Below, one piece after another: positions 46,658 to 58,850 of a DNA stretch of 64,000 nt (positions are counted from its first letter, which is position 1; every line of letters begins with the position of its first letter). The position numbers and the translations under genes were made by a program. The DNA is taken from assembly GCF_009914755.1 (NCBI RefSeq), contig NC_060928.1; one strand, 5' to 3'. The notes beneath the pieces were generated by a model that searched no databases, was not told where the DNA came from, and saw only the letters and a list, made by a program, of their open reading frames with translations. This stretch comes from the human T2T-CHM13v2.0 reference genome, Homo sapiens.

Positions 46658-47034
46658 AGGATATAAGCATGTGTTAATACAGACAGGTAGAAATTAATGG
46701 AAGTATATATACCAGAGTCTTAATAGTGGTCACCTCAGGAGGTTGGGTTTGGGGCATGTAGGTGGACATATTAATCTTATCTTTGTATATTTGTCTATTA
46801 TTTAATCTTTTATAAATATAACTTCTGAAAATACTCCTTAAGATTTGTAAAGACATAAAATGGTATTTTAATTTCAAAATTCTTTTATATTTAATGCTGA
46901 TTACATTTCTTGAAAGACAATGGTTATTATCGTACCAGTCAGATTCTAAAGGATTGTAGGAATATTTATTTACTGGATTTGAAAGATTTTCTAATCTATA
47001 TTCAGCACATCAATTTTTTTTCTCCTTTTTAAAG

Positions 47035-47084
47035 CTGTGAGTGGGAGAAAATACTATTCTTGCCACCTAGGTTGCCAACCAAGG
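47035..47084 (+). other. candidate 50-nt exon
   Basis: ttttttttctcctttttaaAG acceptor and near-consensus AGG|GTGAGT donor. Confidence 0.25.
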
Positions 47085-47154
47085 GTGAGTATCTTTGAGC
47101 AGAAAGGCAATTTGTAGTTTTTCTTATGTTGTGTTGGATATAAGAGTGCTTTCA

Positions 47155-47389
47155 TGAAAGAAAGGGAGAGAAAGAGAAGAAAAAAGAAAGAGGGAAAGAA
47201 GGGAAGGAAGGAAAGAAAGAAGGAAGGAAGGAAAGAAAGAAGGAAGGAAGGAAAGAAAGAAGGAAGGAAGGAAAGAAAGAAGGAAGGAAGGAAAGAAAGA
47301 AGGAAGGAAGGAAAGAAAGAAGGAAGGAAGGAAGGAAGGAAGGAAGGAAGGAAAGAAGGAAGGAAGGGAGGGAGGGAAAAGAAGGAAAG
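47155..47389 (+). repeat. Compound (GAAG)n/(GAAA)n polypurine microsatellite
   Basis: About 235 bp of uninterrupted A/G with a 20-bp higher-order period. Confidence 0.97.
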
Positions 47390-47849
47390 CTGACTACACT
47401 GTTAGCCAGTAGTAGATTTTCCTTGGCTCAAGGAAGTTCCTGATCATATTCTCAATTCTTACTTGAATTCCATTGATAACTTTGTGCATTTTTTTAAATA
47501 TCAGGAATTCTGAACTGAAAGACTGTAAAGATTCATGGAGAAAACTAGTCATGATGCAAGGAGGATAACTGAAACAGATACCAAGAAGACACAATGTTTT
47601 TCTCTATCAAAGGTGTGTTAGTGTATTCTTGTTTCCCTCCATTTGAAAAGATTTATGTTAGACAAATGTGGAAACAATGTTGGTGTTAGAGCCAATAGTT
47701 TATTATTTTAAATGGAAATATAATAAGAGAATAAATGCAATTCATGTGAGTGGATTTATGAACAAGAATCATTTACAGATATTTCTTTAACACAAGTGAT
47801 ATATGAAATTTGTTGGTATGTTGATAAGGCAATTTATATTCCTACTGAT

Positions 47850-48650
47850 TAAGCATTAATAGGTCCAAGCATTTATAAGCCATAATTTCTCTTAACTAAC
47901 AGTGGCAGGTGTCCTCATTCAAAGCAAATAAACGTAAGCTGTTTTGTAAATCATATATATGCTGCAAAGTAGTTATTCAAAGTGACACCAATATAACATC
48001 AGTAGATTTTGAGATATTTTGATTTTTAAAAGGTAATGAAATTTCCATATTTTCTGTGGCAAATTAATAACACCATATACCACCTTGAATGTAATATTGA
48101 TTATATCACTTTGCAAAGCCTTCTGCCTGAGGTTTAAGTTACTGACTGTGGCATCTTATTTGTCTGATAACGGCATTTCAATTCTCTTTGGGAAATCATG
48201 CCTGAATTAATTGTGTCATTATAGTTAACATTAGTAATAAACAATAATAGGAAATATTTGTCTGTTCAAGTGCTCTTATTGCCTTTAACCATTTTGAATT
48301 ATTAAACCATTGAAATCAATACTGTTCACTTATTTTTAATAATGAGTTCAATGACATAAAAGTAAACAGTTTTAGAAAATGACTTTTTCTTTGAAGCCCA
48401 GCACATGTTGCTATGTATGCAGAGTGCAGACTGAACTTGCAGCCGCTTTTGGCAGTTTTAAAATTATTGTTAATTAACTTTTCTGCTCAAATTCCTGCAA
48501 GCTCAACTATAGTTGATGAGTTATCATGCTACAGCCAATAAATCCTGAAGTAATTTCATAAACATAGTTATTTAACCTAAATTGGATTCTCCATCAAACG
48601 AGACAAGTCAATTTTTTCAATGCCATCATAGTGTGAGTTTTAATAATGTC
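47850..48650. promoter_or_regulatory. Repeat-free, TF-motif-dense enhancer-like block
   Basis: CTGATAA, GAATTAATTG, TAAACAAT and GTTAATTAAC motifs. Motif evidence only. Confidence 0.25.
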
Positions 48651-48809
48651 ACTTTATACTTATATTGGTTTTCACTTAAGGAACTTTACATTTACAAATT
48701 TAATATTTCTGCAGGAAAACACTAAAAATAGAATTATTGTCCATAGTAATATATACAAAATGTATACTTAAAATATATTTATTTATCTAAATTGCTATGT
48801 AACAAAAAC

Positions 48810-49030
48810 ATACTGGGGTTTGATGCAGAGACAAGTGAACTCTGCATCAGGAGGCCTCAGCTGTAGTTTCAGCTCTACCAACTGTCATTTTCATGAATGC
48901 CAGCAGGGCATTTACTTCACTGAGGCTTAGTTTATGCCTTGGCAAAACAGAAAGCATGCACTGAATTCTTGTAAAGATCAAGAGTTAATGTATCAGAAGT
49001 ACATCATAAAGCATAAAGGATTTTACAAAC
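48810..49030 (+). mobile_element. MIR
   Basis: cagctctacca...agggcatttacttcactgaggcttagttt core. Confidence 0.6.
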
Positions 49031-49389
49031 ACAGCAGATAATTTTCATTGTCTTTTTTATAAATTCAAACTTGTTAAATTCACATTCTATATTTCTGTAT
49101 AGCTGTATTTTATATGACCGCAATGACTCCAAACTTGTTTTCAAGGTGATCATGGACTGCATATAATTTTTTTAAATTTAAGATTTAGTCTGGCTTGCTT
49201 CAGGGTTTCTATCTTTATACGTAAATGATCTGTTAGACAGAAAAATATGCAAAGAAGATTCTAGCTTAGATAAAAGTCTTTCTGGGTTAAAACTGGAATA
49301 TTTGATTCTGAGAAAATTTCAGCAGTGAGGATTTCCTATTAGTTTAACCAGCATGTAAATACATCTTTGGTCAAAGAAATATATGCTTA

Positions 49390-49473
49390 ATATATAATAT
49401 ATATTCTGAAGTGTATTTGTGTGTATGTATATACATACACACACATATATATACACACATATATACATATATA
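49390..49473. repeat. (TA)/(CA)-rich simple repeat
   Basis: Alternating purine-pyrimidine tract. Confidence 0.8.
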
Positions 49474-49599
49474 TGGATAAAGAGAGTAAATAAAATTCTA
49501 CTGAAAACTTAATTTACTATTTTTGGAAAAAATATGGGGACAAGAGAGAGAGATTGATGTATTTTGTTCTTGGTAGCTATTTATTGTGTTAAGCACAAC

Positions 49600-49890
49600 T
49601 AAATAATTAATTCATACATTTATTAATGTGACCACATATTGACTACATGTTATATGTTCATTGCTAGGTACTGACTCTGCAAGAACTTGAAATGGTGGTT
49701 TTGCTTTTAGATATTCCCAGTATAGTAGAAGATGCCACCTTGTAAGAGATGATTACAACAATGTGTTATGTGCCATAAACAGCACATGTCTAAAATGGTA
49801 ATGCCACATTAAGGAGAGATGTAATTGAGAATGTTGGGATGCCTTCCTAGAAGAAGAGATATGCAGAGCTAGTATTAATGATTCAGTTTT
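49600..49890 (-). mobile_element. L2 fragment
   Basis: attcatacatttatt...tgctaggtactg...cttcctagaagaagag follows the antisense L2 motif order. Confidence 0.55.
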
Positions 49891-50823
49891 ACATAAAGCC
49901 TTCCATTTTTATATTTCTCAATTTCTTTTTCCAGGGAAAGAGATTTTGGCACTCTATTTGTCTAAATCCATACTATGGTTTTGAATATTATGCTTATATC
50001 ACATAGAATTTTAGGTGATGTGAAAATCCCATTCTTTAGTGTCACATTGTCAGTTTATAGAGAGTTTACAAAGATGCCACAGCCCAGATTTGTTCCTGGA
50101 ATATGTAGAGCCAAAAAGCGGGCATGCTGACTTCAATCTGGGTGCTGCCTCTCCTCAGACACCCACTTTCACGTTATGTTCTTAATCCCATCCAAATTGA
50201 GAAAGCACATGAAATCCAAATAGATGTATATGTTTAGGATTTATGTATATAATTATATATATGTATATAATTTGTGTTCTAATTTTATATACTCATTATT
50301 TGCATTCTGCTTCACATCTACTTTTGGCAACCAAAAGTTGATCAAAAAGGAGGGAGAGAGAGCGAGAGACAAAGGGCATTGTTTATATCTTTCATTTATT
50401 CACTATGGTACCAAAACAACTCACTGGATGTAAAAAACTAAATAAATAAAATCTGTGGTTATATGTGGAATTGTGATTTTTGCAAACTGAGAGATTTTAA
50501 ACCATCAAGAGCTCGCAAATGCCTATGCTGCCCAGTATGTGATTACATTTCTATGGTCTTCAAAAGGCAGGAATCTATGACATTCAAAACATTAAATTAA
50601 TTCAAGTGCAAAATTTTGGTGCCAGTGAAAACTTTGCCAATAGTTTAGGGCATATGTAAGTTATTTTGTGACCCAATGCTTTTTTTCTTTTCCTCAGAAA
50701 TCATCCACTTTCCTGTTCCTGTGACACTCTCCACTGATTTCTGTGGTTAGTGTAAGAGCAGATTTCATTTATGCCCTGGTTCTTTATTTCACAGCAGTTA
50801 TACTTGGTTATTTAATAATGCTA

Positions 50824-51309
50824 TTACAAAAATTCTTTTCTTGCCTAAACTCTAGGCAGGCTTCTCTGAACCTGACTAGGCCCCATCCATGGACATGCTC
50901 TCAATAACCCAGTTTTACCAAGAATCCTGTCAGGTTGATTTTGCCAAATTCCCCACCTTCAAGATCTGATCACCCTCAATATCTAAGCAAATTCCTCATC
51001 TTGCGCAATTCCCCAGGTAATATCTCATCACCCTGACCTGCCTTCAGCAAGAATCCTATTAGGTTAACTTAGCAAGAATCACCTTACCCTCTTAGGAATT
51101 TTATGTCTACTGACCTCCCTACCCCTACCCCCACCACCCTTGTCCTTGGTTATAAATCACAATTTTTCTTTATTATATTCAGAATTGAGCCCAGTCTTTC
51201 TCCTTTAAGGAAAAACTCCGTTGTAGTAGTCCCTATACTTATTGTGATAGACTTGAATAGAGTCAACCTTTCCATTTTTGCAATTGTCATAATATTTTTT
51301 TCTTTAACA
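50824..51309 (+). mobile_element. MER31-like ERV1 solo LTR
   Basis: Repeated caagaatcc / tgatcaccct units; ends ctttaaca; 4-bp TSD GCTA (50820-23 / 51310-13). Confidence 0.8.
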
Positions 51310-51877
51310 GCTACAAATAAAATAAAAATGTTTTTGGCTTTTCATTTATTTTATGCATCTTATAGTGGAAAGCCCAGTCAGGAGCTCTTGATGCCCAGCT
51401 GGGAAATGACTGGGTTATCCCATTATATCAGGCTCACCCTCAATGTGGGGTCCAGGGTTGGTTTTACTCCTTTACTCCTTAATACTCTCCCTTAAGATAA
51501 AACTTTTAGATCATGAAAATATATTATTTAGCCATATGGTCTTTCTTAGTTTGTTTTTTGCTATTAGAGGTGATAAGATATTGTGGGAAAAACAATAGAC
51601 TTAGATTTAAATCTTAGTCTTTTCTTCAAATCAAATAAATTTTTCATAATCGCTCCTAGGTTCTACTATTATCAACTTTCTTTTGAAATCATTATTGCTA
51701 CCTAGTCCATGCTTTCTGGTACTACTTATAGATTGACATCTTATAAAGAAAATTTGGCTCTTCTGCTATTTTAAAATGAGACCACATTTCACCAGGGCAG
51801 TTTTGGAAAGTATCAGTTTTATTTTGTGCTGAATACATCCTACCAAGGCTAATTACTTCCCACATCAGTTTTTCTTA

Positions 51878-54192
51878 TGGTATTGTTTGGCTGTGTCTTC
51901 ACCTGAATCTCAACTTGAATTGTATCTCCCAGAATTCCCACGTGTTGTGGGAGGGACCTAAGGAGAGGTAATTGAGTCATGGTGGCTGGTCTTTATTGTG
52001 CCATTCTTGTGACAGTGAATAAGTCACAGGAGATCTGATGGGTTTATCAGGGGTTTCCGCTTTTGCTGCTTCCTAATTTTCTCTTGCTGCCACCATGTAA
52101 AAAGTGCCTTTTGCCTCCCACCATGATTCTGAGGCCTCCCCAGCCATGTAGATCTGTAAATCCAGTTAAACCTCTTTTTCTTCCCAGTGTTGGGTATGTC
52201 TTTATCAGCAGCATGAAAACGGACTAATATAGTAAATTGGTACCGTAGAGTGGGGCATTGTTGAAAAGATACCCAAAAATGTGGAAGCAACTTTGGAACT
52301 GGGTAACAGGCAGAGATTGGAAGAGTTTGAAGGGCTCAGAAGAAGACAGGAAAATGTGGGAAAGTTTGGAACTTCCTAGAAAGTTGTTGAATGGCTTTGC
52401 CCAAAATGCTGATAGCAATAAGGATAGTAAAATCCAGGCTGAGGTGGTCTCAGATGGAGATGAGGAATTTGTTGGGAACTGGAGCAAAGGCGACTCTTGT
52501 TATGTTTTAGCAAAGAGACTGGCAGCATTTTGCTCCTGCCCTAGAGATTTGTGGAGCTTTAAACTTGAGAGAAATGATTTAAGGTATCCAGCAGAAGAAA
52601 TTTCTAAGCAGCAAAGCATTCAAAAGGTGACTTGGATGCTGTTAAAAGCATTCCATTTTAAAAGGGAAACAGAGGATAAAAGTTCAAAAATTTTCTACTG
52701 ATGATGCAGTAGAAAAGAAAAACCCATTTTCTGAGAAGAAATTCAAGCCAGCTGCAGAAATATGCATAAGTAGCAAAAAGCCTAATGTTAATCCCCAAGA
52801 CCATGGGGAAAATATCTCCAGGGCAGGTCAGATACTTTCACAGCAGCCTCTCCCATCACAGGCCTGGAGGCCCAGGAGGAAAAAGTGGTTTTTGTGGGCC
52901 AGGCCCAGTGTCCCTGTGCTGTGTGCAGCCTAGGAACTTGTCTCTGTGTCCCAGCTGCTGCAGCCGTGGCTGAAAGGGGCCAACATACAGCTTGGGCTGT
53001 GTCTTCAGAGGATGGAAGCTGCAAGCCTTGTCAGCTTTCATGTGGTGTTGAGCCTATGGGTGCACAGAAGACAAGAATCGACGTTTGGGAATCGCCACCT
53101 AGATTTCAGAAGATGTATGGAAACACCTGGATGCCCAAGCAAAAGTTTGCTGCAGGAGCATGAAGAACTTCTGCTAGGGCAGTGTGGAAGGGAAATGTGG
53201 GGTCAGAGCCCCGACACAGAGTCCCTATTGGGACACTGTCTAGTGAAGCTATGAGAAGAGGGCCACCATCCTCCAGACCTCAGAATGGTAGATCCACTGG
53301 CATTTTGCACCATGTGCCTGGAAAAGCCACACACACTCAATGCCAGCCCATGAAAGCAGCCACGAGGGAGCCTGTACCCTGCAAAGCTACAGGGGTGGAG
53401 CTGCCCAAGACCATGGGAACCCACATTTTGCATCAGCATGACCTGGGTGTGAGACCTGGAGTCAAAGGAGATCATTTCAGTACTTTAAAATTTGAGTGCC
53501 CCGCTGGATTTTGGACTTGCATGGGCCCTGTAACCCCTTTGTTTTGGCCAATATCTCCCATTTGGAACAGCTGTATTTACATTGGATCTAGGAATTGTAT
53601 CCCCATTGGATCTAGGAAGTAACTAGCTTGCTTTTGATTTTACGGGCTCATAGGTGGAAGGGATATGCCTTGTCTCAGATGAGGTTTTGGACTGTGGACT
53701 TTTGGGTTAACGCTGAAATGATTAAGACTTTGGGGGACTGTTGGGAAGGCATGATTGGTTTTGAAATGTGAGGACATGAGGGGCCAGGGTTGGAATGATA
53801 TGGTTTGGCTGTGTCCTCATCCAAATCTCAACTTGAATTGTATCTCCCAGAATTCCCATATGTTGTGGGAGGGACCCAGGGGGAGGTAACTGAATCATGG
53901 GAGCTGGTATTTCCTATGCTATTCTCGTGATAGTAAGTCTCATGAGATCTGATGGGTTTATCAAGGGGTTCCGCTATTGCTTCTTCCTCATTTTCTCTTG
54001 CCGCCACCATGTAAAAAGTGCCTTTCACCTCCCACCGCAATTCTGAGGCCTCCCCAGCCATGTGAAACTGTAAATCCAATGAAACCTCTTTTTCTTTCCA
54101 GTGTCGGTTATGTCTTTATTAGCAGGGTATGTCTTTATTTAATTAGTCAGGTATGCCTTTATTACCATTTTATTAGAAAATGGACTAATATA
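51878..54192 (+). mobile_element. Complete THE1A MaLR element (5'LTR 51878-52231, internal 52232-53795, 3'LTR 53796-54192)
   Basis: Two THE1A LTRs; MaLR ORF remnants (52258..52701 WKQLWNWVTGRDWKSL); perfect TSD TCTTA (51873-77 / 54193-97). Confidence 0.96.
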
Positions 54193-54479
54193 TCTTATTT
54201 ATATGTCAGTTGTTGAGACTCATTTTTCTCTCTATAGCACATTATACTAGGTAATGATTCAAATAATTTGTTTTATTTTGTGTTGGAAAGGAGAGGTCAA
54301 TAATATTTATTGTAGATTGACTAAATTAGGCTCATATAGAATTATTAAAAAATACGTGACCAAATTGTGAGAAATTTATCTCACATAATCCAGGTCATTC
54401 TATCTTTCATGTTGCTGATCCAATTCTTCCACATATTTTTGGTCACTGTGTGAATTAATAGTTAAAATTGTGCATTATT

Positions 54480-54660
54480 TTCTCTCTGTTAGCCCTTGTA
54501 CTGTCTTTATACATTATCTCATTGAATGCTTAGAATAGCCCTATAAAAATGTTCCCTTTGTAGCTAATAAACTGAGACAGAATTAAGCTTCCTGTCCAAT
54601 GTCACAGATTGGTAGGTTGTGGACTCAGGCTTGGAACTGAGGCAGTGTGACACACTGGCC
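54480..54660 (-). mobile_element. MIR
   Basis: aaactgagacag...tccaatgtcacag...ggcttggaactgaggcagt. Confidence 0.6.
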
Positions 54661-55154
54661 CTCTCACTCTTCCTTATGCTGCCACATCAGCAGAAGAAAA
54701 GGCTATGTTCAAATGGTATAATTAAATAAGTGTGTTTCTGTTACATTATACAAATATTCACACACATAATCATATGTTTTAATGTATATATAAAACAAAA
54801 TGCTAACATATTATTTAAAACACCATTAAAATGTTGTTTTATGGGCTTTTTTTCTCTATGCAGAGGTACTTCTAAACATACTTTCTACATTAGGCTCAAT
54901 GGTCGTCTCTAAAATGACATAATAAAGGTGCTATAGAATATCATAGTATAAATAAATACAATTTATTTAGCTATTCTCTACATTTGAACATTTATGTTGC
55001 TTTTAATTTTTGACATCATAGAGATAAATTCATGTTGATGCATAATAATTATTTCTTACGGATTTATTTGTAATAGAGAATTTGGGGACCAAGGATTTTG
55101 AGCATAGTCTCTGAAAAGTCTCTTGAGTGAAGAAATCACTCTATGGAGGGCACT

Positions 55155-55450
55155 GTATAAGTCATGTTCTTGTACAATTCCCTTCTCTTAAATACAGTTT
55201 AAACTTATGACTTGTTCTAGTCAATAAAATAGGGCAAAGCTGATAGGTAATCACTCTCTTAATTAGGTTTCATTAAATGGCAAAGATGATGTTTTGTTTT
55301 TTCCTGGTGTAATTTACGTCCCAAATTAGTTGGTTTTGAGTTAATCAAAAGAAAGATTCTGCTGGGTGGGTCTGAATTAATCCAGTGAAAGCTCTTAAAT
55401 GAGCCCATAAGGCTCATAGTGGCTCTGTTTTCCTGATGAAATGCAAACCG
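55155..55450 (+). mobile_element. MLT1E-like LTR fragment
   Basis: gttggttttgagttaatcaaaagaaagattctgctgggtgggtctgaattaatc motif. Confidence 0.7.
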
Positions 55451-55459
55451 ATGACACAT

Positions 55460-55590
55460 TTAAATTATCTTTTTTAAATATTGAGACTCAAAGAAGTTGA
55501 TTGAGTTGCCCAAAGTCTTGCCAACTTTTAAGTGGCAGAACTGAGATTTAACCTAGGATGATCTGAGTATAAAGCAGAGATTCTGAATTC
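55460..55590 (-). mobile_element. MIR
   Basis: gagttgcccaaagtc...aagtggcagaactgagatttaacctagg. Confidence 0.65.
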
Positions 55591-57061
55591 AAATGGTCTC
55601 AGAGGACAGGCAGATAAGGTAAGGGAATGAAACAAACTTGCAGTAAGAAATATTTCTCAGAATCAATTGAGTCTTCAAGTACATAGCTGTATAAAACATG
55701 TATTAAGTTGCATCAAGAGTGAGCCAAGGATTTAAATGATCAATCTAAAACACTTGCCCTTGCATTCAGTCTTTCCTCAATTAAAAATAGGTAAACATAA
55801 GTTACATTTGAACAATGAAAAAGACCCTGAAAACTGTTTTTGCGCTAAAGAGGACTACTTAAAATTTAAAGCCAAACCTCTGTCCTTTATTGATTAACCA
55901 TTCCAGTATGTAGAGATCTGAACATATATTTTGCTCTAGATGATTGTTAGTTACTATGTAGGAATTCTGGTCTAATGTGGTCTGATTTTCTGATATTTCT
56001 ATAGATGCTACCAGATTGAATGTTAAGTAAAAGTTTCCAAATTAATTTTTTTTATTAAAGTAAAAAAAAGGTAGGGATAAGAGAACTTTCACAGTACTTT
56101 AGGTTATTTATGAGAGGGAAAGTGCTACTTTGTAATGTTCCTATTACCCTTAACACTGTTATACATTTTTTAGTATTGGCTTGTAGCTAAGCATTTTTAA
56201 GTCTGGTGAAATATGGTAACTTTGCATATTAACTGGACTTATAAATATTTTTGGAGAAAATGTTCTTATATATGAAAGCTGAAAGATATAACCTTGTTGA
56301 AAAACCCATTCGTATTGTGATTTTCTAGGTGTGAATTAGGTAACTTACATGACGAGAAATGAAACAATGGAACAAAAGTTCTCCGTGCTACCCTATTCCA
56401 TTATCTACTGTCACTATCATTCTAATGTGTATTATAATAGTTTATTCTTGATGTTAGTCCCATGTGTGCATTATTCATGGATTCATTAAAGTATCTTTAT
56501 TTTTCTTACAATCACATACTAAAAGTATATAGTACTTAATTAGTATCATAATTTCAACTCAAATAATTATCAATGCGTCATGAAAATCTGTAAGTTGGAG
56601 CTAGCTTCAATAAGATAATTAACATCTGCTAAAGCTGCAAACATCACTAAAGTTATAAATATATTTAAAAAGTTTGATTGAGATAAGTGCTTGTTTTAGG
56701 AATACCTTTCATAAAATGTTTACTTTAAAAGTAATATAATTAAAAAAACTAAAAGCAGTTCATTGATGTTTATCATCAGTTTCTTTTTATATTTACTCTA
56801 TAAAAGTTAAAAATCTCTCCTTTTCTATATTTTGAGAATGGTTAATATGAAGCCTATGACATAGTTAGCATTATAATTGTCAATATCCCTTAAGAGGTAT
56901 TTGAGCCAAATAGATATAGTTGGAAGTGGTTTGTAAATAATTATCAGAGCACATAGTATTTTGTTTTCTGCATATCATTCACATCATGTATTTCAAAAGA
57001 TTGTAAAACCAAAATGCAGTATTGTTTGATTTTGAGGTTAGTTTTTTCCATTTTATTTTGA

Positions 57062-57141
57062 ATATTATAAGGATAAGAATGACAATTCCAAGCTCTGACA
57101 TGTAAAGAGCTTGGGAATTGTCATTTCTCTCCTTATAATAT
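57062..57141. repeat. 80-bp imperfect palindrome (fold-back) at the 5' edge of an old L1
   Basis: ATATTATAAGGA-taag-AATGACAATTCCAAGCTCT pairs with AGAGCTTGGGAATTGTCATT-tctc-TCCTTATAATAT around a central ACATGT. Confidence 0.9.
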
Positions 57142-58850
57142 CAGCATAATTAGAAAAACCTGAAAACTTGAAAATCAATAGCTTTTCCTGGACCCATGGG
57201 ACAACTGAAATTTTAGGGAAAATCCACCTCAAAATCTACAGAGAGAGGCAAATGCAGACAGTTCCAGAGTTCCTGCTGACTTGGAACAACCACTGAAAGT
57301 CTTTTTTAGTAAATATAATCGATCTGCTAAAAGAGTAGGTAAAATAGAAGCATAAAATGCATGATTAAAACTAGAAAAGGCAGGAAAAGAAGCCTCTGGC
57401 AATGACTAGACAAGTACTATGGTTTACATGAAAAGAAATATATCAATAACCACTTTAAGTGTGATTGGTAAATATGCCAATTAAAAGACAGAGATTGTCA
57501 GAGTAGATTAAAAAAATAAAACCTGACTATATGTTGTCTGTAAGAAACCCACATTAAACGTGAAGACTCTGATCAGTTACAGGTTAAGGGATGATGCCTT
57601 ACATGCCAACAACAGTAAAAACAAAGCTGGGGTAACCATATTAGTTTCAGACAAAGCAGACCTCAGAACAGTAAAAATTATCAAAGATAAAGAGGGGTAT
57701 TTCGTAATGATAAAGAAATAAATTCTCCAGGAAGACAGAACAATCTTAAACATTGATTCACCTACCAGTAAAACATCAAACTATGTGAGGCAAAAACTCT
57801 TAGAACTGAAAGGAGAAATAGACAAATCCATTCCCGTAGTTAAAAACTTCAATGCCTCTTGTCAGTAAGTGGTAAGTCAAACAGGCAGAAAAACATTAAG
57901 AATACAGTTGACCTGAACAACAAACATTATCAACAAACTTGCCATACAATTATGTCAATTTTTATTTTTTATTTTATTTTATTTATTTTTTTGAGATGGG
58001 GTCTCGCACTGCTGCCCAGTTGGAATGCAATGGCGCGATCTCGGCTCACTACAACCACCGCCTCCTGGGTTCAAGTGATTCTCTTGCCTCAGCCTCCTGA
58101 GTAGCTGGGATTACAGGCACCTGCCACCACTCCTGGCTAATCGTTTGCATTTTTAGTAGAGAAAAGGTTTCACTATGTTGGCCAGGCTTGTCTCAAACTC
58201 CTGACCTCATGATCTGAATTATGTCAATGTTTTATATAATATGCCATACAACAAGAATACAATACACATTCTTTTCAAGCTCATCATATTATGGAATATT
58301 CACCAGGATATAGACCACATTCTGGACCATAAAGCATAACCTGACACATTTTAAATAATAAAAATCATCCAAAGTATGTTCTCAGACCACAATGGAATTA
58401 AACTGGAAATCAAAAAGAGAAAGATAGCACACCTAGCATACAGAATTTGGTTTCTAATACAAAGCACATAATACATATGACAACAAGACTCCTTTGAGAA
58501 ATAGCTGACTCTAAGACTGAGAAAGAGAGATCTGAGATAAGCTGGGAGCATGTTGCAGTAACAGAAAGGAAGGAAGTGCTAAAACAACAACTCGATAATG
58601 AGGGTGTGTCAAAAGAACACAGGGACACACTGAAAGAGCAACCAATGGCCAAAGCTGGAACAATCTGATCAATCAAATAAACAAAAATAGTATTGGATTA
58701 TAACCCAAAGTGTAAAATATATATATCCATTTGTCTATGGTGACATAAATAAGTGATTGTAAACGTAACATAAATTAACAGGAGAGAATAGACAAATCCT
58801 CCATACAAATAATTCCAAATCATTTATATTGATACTTCACCTTAAGTATA
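57095..58850 (+). mobile_element. L1MD/MC-like element, heavily deleted (5' piece, endonuclease region, 3'UTR)
   Basis: ccaattaaaagacagagattgtcagag and ctcagaccacaatggaattaaactggaaatc ORF2 motifs; ccaatggccaaagctggaacaat L1MD-type 3'UTR. Confidence 0.8.
57960..58216 (-). mobile_element. 5'-truncated AluSg-like
   Basis: ctgacctcatgatc; patterned T-tail; TSD AATTATGTCAAT (57948-59 / 58217-28). Confidence 0.9.

Noticed and set aside
47154-47393. 79-aa K/E/R/G-rich ORF
   Set aside because: Translation of the GAAG/GAAA microsatellite.
56329-56340. Possible ~12-nt micro-exon (ttttctAG gtgtgaattag GTAACT)
   Set aside because: Isolated and too short to distinguish from chance.
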